From an uncultured Candidatus Saccharibacteria bacterium (GTDB lineage: Bacteria > Patescibacteriota > Minisyncoccia > Phycocordibacterales > UBA5272), in contig CAYJED010000003.1 in the NCBI GenBank assembly GCA_964369115.1, positions 28,458 through 92,457 of the forward strand: a stretch of 64,000 bases of DNA, given 5' to 3'. Positions 58,221 to 64,000 of this stretch are shown piece after piece; position 1 is the first letter of the stretch; each line of letters starts with the position of its first letter. The notes below the pieces were generated by a model. That model did no database searches. It was not told the DNA's origin and saw nothing but the letters and a program-made list of their open reading frames with translations. A program made the position numbers and the translations under genes.

Positions 58221-60413
58221 TTAATTAACAATTGTTGGTGGAATTTCTATGGTACCTGTTCCATTTAATATTTGTTCTTGTGGGTTTGGTTGAACAAATG
58301 AACAATTTGTAGGGTTTTTACTTACCCAATCAGTAATTCCTTGTTGCCAAAGGTTGTACTGAGAGTCATTTTCTGGAGATGAAGGATAAGGTCCATCTGG
58401 ATTATTTTTAATAATTGAACGAAGGATTGTAAATACTCCATCATTTGAACAGTAGTTTCCTCTTAAAATCGGCTTAGATGAGGTATTTGGAAGCATGTCA
58501 GGGAAATACTCAACTTGGCTGCCAGAGAGGAGTACATCCATAGATTTACGCCAAATAGGAGCAAGTACAAACCCTGCTGCCTTTTTGTTGATAGGGGTAT
58601 TATCATTATTTCCTGCCCACATACCAAGTGAAATAGATGGAGTGTACCCTACAACCCAAACATCACGATAATCATTTGTGGTACCTGTTTTAACAGCAAC
58701 AGGGCGGTCTGTAAAATTAAGAGGAGAACTTACTCCAAAGGTAGGAATTCTTGCTTGATTATCAGATAACATGTTTGAAATAATTGTAGCCACTGACTCA
58801 GGAAGAACTTCTTTTTCAGAAAGAGTGAATTTCTCAAGAATACTATCGTCTCTATCTCTTATCTCTAGTATTCCTGTTGGTTTTGTATAAATTCCATTAT
58901 TAGCAAAAACTCCATAAGCATTAGTAAGCTCAAGAAGAGTAACTTCCCCACCTCCAAGAACAAGAGAAAGTCCGTAACGATCAGGATCATCAATAGTAGA
59001 AAGCCCAAACGATTGAGCAAGTGTGATGGCATTACTCATTCCTACAAGGTAAAGAAGTTTTACAGCGGGGATGTTAAGAGACTGAGCAAGAGCATCTCGT
59101 AATGAAATAGGCCCACGGAAGGTATTGTCATAGTTTTCTGGCATATAACAAACCGAATCATCTGTTCCTGCGCGTAACGGTTTTCCATAAGCGTCACACA
59201 AGGTACTGAATTGAGTAGGGACATCAAAAAGAACTGTTTCAGGGGTATATCCAAGTGAAATAGCTGCAGCGTAGATAAATGGTTTAAAAGAAGAACCTGG
59301 TTGTCGTGGCGCAAGAGCGATATTGTATTGACCAGGGATTTCGGTATCAAAAAAATCTCTTGAACCAACCATTGAAATGATTTGTCCAGTTCGTGGATCT
59401 GTTGCTACAAGCGCTGAGTTAGTAGCTCCAAACTTCTTTTCGTTTTCAAGAGCACCTTCCTTTACTATTTCTTCTAGTTTTTTTTGATAATCATAATTAA
59501 TAGTACTAATTACCTTAAGTCCTCCATTTTGAACCATATCAACCCCGTACTTCTCTTCAAGGTATTCACGTATATACATTACAAAGTGAAGCGCTTTACC
59601 GCTATTTGTTAAATCTTTTTCAAAAACAATAGATTCTTTTTGAGCTGTTTCTTTTTGTTCTTGTGTGATATGACCAAGTTCATACATTCTTTCAAGTACA
59701 AGGTTCTTTCTTTTCTCAAGTGCTTCTCGATGTTTTCCATAAGGGGAGTAGTATGTAGGAGCTTGAGGGAGAGCCGCAAGGTATGCTGCTTCAGTAAGAT
59801 TTACGTCACGAGCTTTTTTATTAAAGTATGTAAGAGAAGCCTCCTCTACTCCATAGATAGTTCCTCCATACGGACTTTCATTAAGATAAATTTGTAAGAT
59901 AGTGTCTTTAGGAAGCTCACTATCTAATTTTATGGAGAGGATAATTTCTTTAAGTTTACGAGAGATAGTTTTATCTCGTGTGAGAAGTGCATTTTTAATC
60001 ACTTGCTGATTAATAGTAGAACCACCTTGTGAGTATCCACCAGATTGAATGTTTGCTATTATTGCACGAATAAATGAAGTTGGACGGAAACCAAAATGTT
60101 CATAGAAGTATGCATCCTCAATAGAAATTGTAGCCTTTTGAATGTAAGGACTAATTTCATCAATAGAAACTGCTGTACGTCTCACATTGTCATGAATATT
60201 GTAGAGGATAATTTTTCCTGTCCTATCATAAATTTTTGTTGAGTTTGCAATATTTCTGTTTTCAAAATTATCAAAATCAGGAAGTTGAATGGTTGCAATA
60301 AAAGCAATTACAACAGCAATACAAACGACACAGAAAGCACAAATAAGCAAAAATAACTCCCTAAAAACTTTTGTTTTAAAGCTTTTTTTGCGAGGATGAT
60401 GAGAATGCTCCAT
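58221..60413 (-). CDS. class A penicillin-binding protein (bifunctional glycosyltransferase/transpeptidase, PBP1A-like)
   Basis: N-terminal TM, GT51 motifs (EDAYFYEH, GGSTINQQV), transpeptidase SxxK (GSSFKP), SxN and KTG (VAVKTGTT); 730 aa. Confidence 0.85.
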   Translation of the reverse strand: MEHSHHPRKKSFKTKVFRELFLLICAFCVVCIAVVIAFIATIQLPDFDNFENRNIANSTKIYDRTGKIILYNIHDNVRRTAVSIDEISPYIQKATISIEDAYFYEHFGFRPTSFIRAIIANIQSGGYSQGGSTINQQVIKNALLTRDKTISRKLKEIILSIKLDSELPKDTILQIYLNESPYGGTIYGVEEASLTYFNKKARDVNLTEAAYLAALPQAPTYYSPYGKHREALEKRKNLVLERMYELGHITQEQKETAQKESIVFEKDLTNSGKALHFVMYIREYLEEKYGVDMVQNGGLKVISTINYDYQKKLEEIVKEGALENEKKFGATNSALVATDPRTGQIISMVGSRDFFDTEIPGQYNIALAPRQPGSSFKPFIYAAAISLGYTPETVLFDVPTQFSTLCDAYGKPLRAGTDDSVCYMPENYDNTFRGPISLRDALAQSLNIPAVKLLYLVGMSNAITLAQSFGLSTIDDPDRYGLSLVLGGGEVTLLELTNAYGVFANNGIYTKPTGILEIRDRDDSILEKFTLSEKEVLPESVATIISNMLSDNQARIPTFGVSSPLNFTDRPVAVKTGTTNDYRDVWVVGYTPSISLGMWAGNNDNTPINKKAAGFVLAPIWRKSMDVLLSGSQVEYFPDMLPNTSSKPILRGNYCSNDGVFTILRSIIKNNPDGPYPSSPENDSQYNLWQQGITDWVSKNPTNCSFVQPNPQEQILNGTGTIEIPPTIVN

Positions 60414-60470
60414 GTCTCGTATAGTACCATAAACTTACGTAAAAAGGAGAGGTTATGATAGGATAGTGCT

Positions 60471-61664
60471 ATGGATAAAGTTATTATAGATGAAAATAAA
60501 ATCGATGAAATTTTAACGAGAGGAGTTGAAGATATTATTGTGAAGGAAGAGTTGCGAAACCTTCTTCTTTCAGGAAAACAACTTCGTATCAAACTTGGTG
60601 TTGATCCAACTGGACCAAAAATTCACCTCGGGCGTGCAATACCTCTTCGTAAACTCCGTGAATTTCAGAAACTCGGACATCAGGTTGTTTTTATTGTTGG
60701 AGATTTTACTGCAACTGTTGGTGATGCGTCAGATAAAAGTGATAAGCGTCCAATGCTTACACGTATGCAAATTGACGAAAACCTTAGAGACTATAAAAGT
60801 CAGGTTTCAAAAATTATCGATATTTCAAAAACAGAATTTGTCTATAATAATGACTGGCTTTCAAAACTTTCTTTTGAAGAGGTAACAAAGCTCGCAGAGT
60901 GTTTTTCTGTACAACAAATGCTCGCTCGTCGTAACTTTAAAGAACGTTATGAAAATGGGGTAGAAATTTCTCTACGAGAGTTCCTTTATCCAATGATGCA
61001 GGGATACGATTCAGTTGCTGTAAAGTCGGATGTTGAGCTTGGTGGTTTTGATCAACTTTTTAACCTTAAAGCAGGGCGTATTATGCAGGATTATTTTGGC
61101 CAACCCCCTCAGCACCTTATTACTTGTCAGATGCTTGAAGGAATTGATGGAAGAAAAATGTCGAGCTCATGGGGGAATATTATTGCAATTGTGGATGATC
61201 CTCACACTATGTTTGGTAAAGTGATGGCCCTTCATGATGATTTAATTATTAAATACTTTGTTCTCTGTACAGATGTTACTTTAGAAGAAATTCAAGGATT
61301 TGAAAAAGCGTTACAGGAAGGAACTAATCCGCGTGATATTAAAATGCGTCTTGGAACAGAACTTGTTACTCAATATCACAACGAAAAAGATGCAACACTT
61401 GCAAAAAATTCTTGGATCGAAACCTTCTCAAAAGGTGGTCTTCCAGCAGAAATACCAGTTCTTCAAGTAGAGAAAGACACTCTCCTTGCTGACGCTCTTG
61501 TGTCTTCGGGTATTGTTGTATCAAAAACCGACTGGAGAAGACTTCTTGAAGAAGGTGCTGTAACAGATACAGAAAAAGGACCTCTCGTTGATCCAAAAAT
61601 AGTAGCGTATAACGCAACGTTTAAAATTGGTAAAAAACGTTTTGTGAAGATAGAGATTAAATAA
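60471..61664 (+). CDS. tyrS: tyrosine--tRNA ligase
   Basis: Class I synthetase: HIGH-like KIHLGRAIPL, GDFTATVGDASDKS, KMSSS (KMSKS variant); 397 aa. Confidence 0.8.
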   Translation: MDKVIIDENKIDEILTRGVEDIIVKEELRNLLLSGKQLRIKLGVDPTGPKIHLGRAIPLRKLREFQKLGHQVVFIVGDFTATVGDASDKSDKRPMLTRMQIDENLRDYKSQVSKIIDISKTEFVYNNDWLSKLSFEEVTKLAECFSVQQMLARRNFKERYENGVEISLREFLYPMMQGYDSVAVKSDVELGGFDQLFNLKAGRIMQDYFGQPPQHLITCQMLEGIDGRKMSSSWGNIIAIVDDPHTMFGKVMALHDDLIIKYFVLCTDVTLEEIQGFEKALQEGTNPRDIKMRLGTELVTQYHNEKDATLAKNSWIETFSKGGLPAEIPVLQVEKDTLLADALVSSGIVVSKTDWRRLLEEGAVTDTEKGPLVDPKIVAYNATFKIGKKRFVKIEIK

Positions 61665-61676
61665 TTGTAGAGTAAA

Positions 61677-61716
61677 AGTAAAGGAGGGGCACCCGTAGGG
61701 TGCCCCTCCTTTACTT
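61677..61716. terminator. bidirectional GC-rich hairpin terminator
   Basis: gtaaaggaggggcaccc-gtag-ggtgcccctcctttac. Confidence 0.6.
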
Positions 61717-61729
61717 TATATAGAACTAC

Positions 61730-61924
61730 TTACCAATACCCTTCGTCATTTGCGGCAAAAGCAATATCAATCTCATCTGCTTCCTCGTCGTCACCGCCAA
61801 CAAAAGTAATTTCTTCCTCTTCAACGATGATTTCTTCATCAAAAACAGCCTCTAAGGCGTCAGGGTTAAAGTCACTCACTTCACCAGCTGATTTTGGTTC
61901 TTCTTCTTCGATAAGCATATGCAA
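61730..61924 (-). CDS. small acidic hypothetical protein
   Basis: 64 aa, D/E-rich; weak. Confidence 0.3.
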   Translation of the reverse strand: MHMLIEEEEPKSAGEVSDFNPDALEAVFDEEIIVEEEEITFVGGDDEEADEIDIAFAANDEGYW

Positions 61925-61989
61925 ATAAATTTAATGTAATTGACAAGATACCATGTAACAAATTCCTATGCAAGCCTTTATGTTGATGA

Positions 61990-62499
61990 TTATAAAAAGG
62001 CTTTTGAAATAAGCTTACTATTTCTATTTGCACTATGAGTAAGAGCTATAGCTATGGCGTCCACCTCATCATCTTTACTTTTAAGTAAAAGAGGTTGTTT
62101 AAGGATTCTTTCTACCATTATTTTAATGTCTTCTTTAGTTGCTCCGCCATATCCTGCTATGGCTGATTTAATTTGAGGAGGCGAGTATTCAAAAACCTGA
62201 AGCCCGTATTTATATCCAAGAAAAATACAAATACCACGCATTTCAGCAACCGTAATTACTGTTTTTTGATTCTTTGTAAAAAAAAGAGTTTCAATAGCAA
62301 GTTCATGAGGAGAATAGTTTTCTATAATTTTTTCAAGAGCAGTTGCTCCATCAAAGAGACGTTTTTCGAACGCATCTTTTTTTGATGTCTGAATACATGT
62401 AGAAAAAATAAGTGTTTCTTTTTGCTCTTCTTTTTCTATTATTGCTACACCTAATCTATCAAACCCAGGATCTATTCCTACTATACGAACAGTCGCCAT
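61990..62499 (-). CDS. ruvC: crossover junction endodeoxyribonuclease RuvC
   Basis: MATVRIVGIDPGFDRLGVAIIE RNase H-like fold; 169 aa; adjacent to ruvB. Confidence 0.85.
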   Translation of the reverse strand: MATVRIVGIDPGFDRLGVAIIEKEEQKETLIFSTCIQTSKKDAFEKRLFDGATALEKIIENYSPHELAIETLFFTKNQKTVITVAEMRGICIFLGYKYGLQVFEYSPPQIKSAIAGYGGATKEDIKIMVERILKQPLLLKSKDDEVDAIAIALTHSANRNSKLISKAFL

Positions 62500-62500
62500 A

Positions 62501-63502
62501 TTATTTCTTAAAATGAAGTAATGCTTTTTCCGTTGCTTTTCTTCCGCGCGCTGTGCGCTCTATCATTCCTATCTGAAGAAGGTATGGCTCCACCACATCT
62601 TCAATGGTTGCTTCTTCCTCTCCTGTAGCAGCAGCAAGAGTCCCAACACCCACAGGTCCGCCATTAAAGGTGTTAATAAGACAATCAAGCACAATGCGTT
62701 CCGAAGTACCAATACCAAACTCATCAATTTCAAGAAGTGATAGTGCATTATCAACCACATCTTTATCAAGCACCGCCTTGTGGACTTGAGCATAGTCACG
62801 CGCACGTTTAAGATAGTAGTTTGCAATACGTGGAGTAAAACGTGCACGTCTAGCAATAGCCTCCGCCGCGTCGTCTGAAACAGATGCCCCTAAAATGGTT
62901 CCACTATGTTTAACAATCGTAGCAATTTCATCTTCATTATAATATTGGAGTCGGTACACTCCACCAGAAAATCGTGAACGAAGAGGGGATGAGAGAAGTG
63001 AGATACGAGTTGTTGCTCCTATTAATGTAAAAGGAGGAAGGTCAAGCTGAATAGTGCGAGCGCTTGGTCCTTTTCCAATAACAATATCAAGTTTCCCTGA
63101 TTCCATAGCAGGGTACAGCACCTCCTCGATAAGTTTATTCAAGCGATGAATTTCATCAATAAACAAAACGTCTCCTGGGGTAAGGTTTGTTAGAATGGCC
63201 GCCAAGTCTCCCACCTTCATAATAGCTGGACCACTTGAAAGTTTTAAGTTTGAACCAAGCTCTTTTGCTATAAGATGAGCAAGAGTAGTTTTACCAAGTC
63301 CTGGTGGGCCATACAAAAGGATATGTTCAGGAGGGGTGCCACGCTCTTTTGCAGCAGTTAAGAGGATGTGAAGATTCTTTTTTATGACTTCCTGACCAAC
63401 ATAGTCCGAAAAACGATCAGGACGAAGCGTACTGTCCAAATGCCTTGTTTCTTCTAGTTCTATTGGCTGTTGTGGTAATGTCATGGTAGGGGGTTGTGTC
63501 AA
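62501..63502 (-). CDS. ruvB: Holliday junction branch migration ATPase RuvB
   Basis: Walker A GPPGLGKTTLA, Walker B FIDEIHRL, C-terminal winged helix; 333 aa. Confidence 0.9.
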   Translation of the reverse strand: MTQPPTMTLPQQPIELEETRHLDSTLRPDRFSDYVGQEVIKKNLHILLTAAKERGTPPEHILLYGPPGLGKTTLAHLIAKELGSNLKLSSGPAIMKVGDLAAILTNLTPGDVLFIDEIHRLNKLIEEVLYPAMESGKLDIVIGKGPSARTIQLDLPPFTLIGATTRISLLSSPLRSRFSGGVYRLQYYNEDEIATIVKHSGTILGASVSDDAAEAIARRARFTPRIANYYLKRARDYAQVHKAVLDKDVVDNALSLLEIDEFGIGTSERIVLDCLINTFNGGPVGVGTLAAATGEEEATIEDVVEPYLLQIGMIERTARGRKATEKALLHFKK

Positions 63503-63726
63503 GATTTGACAAAAGTTTTATATATGATATAATGTACTCATCGTACTAAAAATAGTACAACGTTCATTTCAAGAATCTCTCTATCTCTAAACAACTGAGT
63601 TTATCTCACTTTCTAATTCGAAGGACGATCTGGTTGCATTTATTGCCTCTGTGTCTATCCTTACGAAGGAATTTTCTTCACCAAGGGGTTGCTTAGAGGT
63701 AGAGGGTTTTTTGTTTTCTACAAAAA

Positions 63727-64000
63727 CTATTCTTCTCCGTAAAGATCGACGGTTTTACCAATTTCCTCAAATGAAGTAATTCCTTCAAGCATTTTTAGTA
63801 TAGCATCTTCGCGAAGGCTAGGGATTTTTTGATTTTTGGCAGCATTCCTCACTTCTCGTTCTGTTGGGTTAGTGATAAGTATCGCTTCCATATCTTTATT
63901 CATAATAATGCCTTCGAAGATACCAATACGTCCCTTGTACCCGCTCCCGCTACACTCCTCACACCCAACTGCTTTATGTAGCACATATGCTGTAGCGGGG
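63727..64000 (-). CDS. GspE/PilB-family secretion ATPase, C-terminal part (gene continues beyond window edge)
   Basis: C-terminal zinc-binding CxxC...CxxC region (GCEECSGSGYKGRIGIFE) typical of T2SS/T4P assembly ATPases; reading frame is open to position 64000. Confidence 0.65.
   Translation of the reverse strand, partial: PATAYVLHKAVGCEECSGSGYKGRIGIFEGIIMNKDMEAILITNPTEREVRNAAKNQKIPSLREDAILKMLEGITSFEEIGKTVDLYGEE

Overview
This window is an AT-rich (~38% GC by eye), gene-dense bacterial chromosome segment that spans the replication origin (rpmH-rnpA-yidC divergent from dnaA-dnaN, with DnaA-box-like 9-mers). The many small hypothetical proteins and the gene content are consistent with, but do not prove, a Patescibacteria/CPR-like organism.

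Recognisable core genes:
- DNA/RNA-associated: hup, rny, clpP, rsmE, tig, ppa, nusA.
- A MacB/FtsX-type ABC exporter with a HlyD-like adaptor.
- Central metabolism and stress: tpiA, pgk, an ECF sigma with a putative anti-sigma, xth, hfq, xerC.
- Translation, repair and envelope: rpsO, a NYN-domain protein, yifB/comM, a LysM-M23 peptidase, pcrA/uvrD, ksgA, a class A PBP, tyrS, ruvC, ruvB.
- The 3' end of a GspE/PilB-type ATPase at the window edge.

The most notable feature is a compact CRISPR locus at 24.97-28.37 kb.
- Two CRISPR arrays sit in inverted orientation. Their 40-nt repeats, ~205-bp leaders and distal hairpin terminators are inverted duplicates.
- The arrays flank a GC-rich TnpB/Cas12f-family gene whose RuvC catalytic positions and zinc finger appear lost by manual alignment, so it is predicted nuclease-dead.
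- An N-terminally truncated cas1 follows. No cas2 or cas4 is present.
- The leader-proximal spacer of the right array is a perfect 32/32 match to an internal site of a VirB4-like ATPase gene about 21 kb downstream in the same window.
- That target lies inside a type IV secretion/conjugation-like cluster (40.2-53.9 kb). The cluster contains VirB3-like and VirB6-like membrane proteins and two paralogs that share an identical 382-bp 5' module, one fused to an M15 peptidase domain and the other to an SLT lytic transglycosylase domain.
- Together these suggest an RNA-guided, probably non-cleaving, type V-U-like system programmed against a resident T4SS gene.

Other oddities:
- A GC-rich, E. coli-like hfq and a GC-rich perfect palindrome at xerC.
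- A protein with five tandem ~70-aa repeats.
- A recurrent AACTAATTA(C/G) motif in several 5' regions.
- A spacer that looks like a tRNA 3' end.
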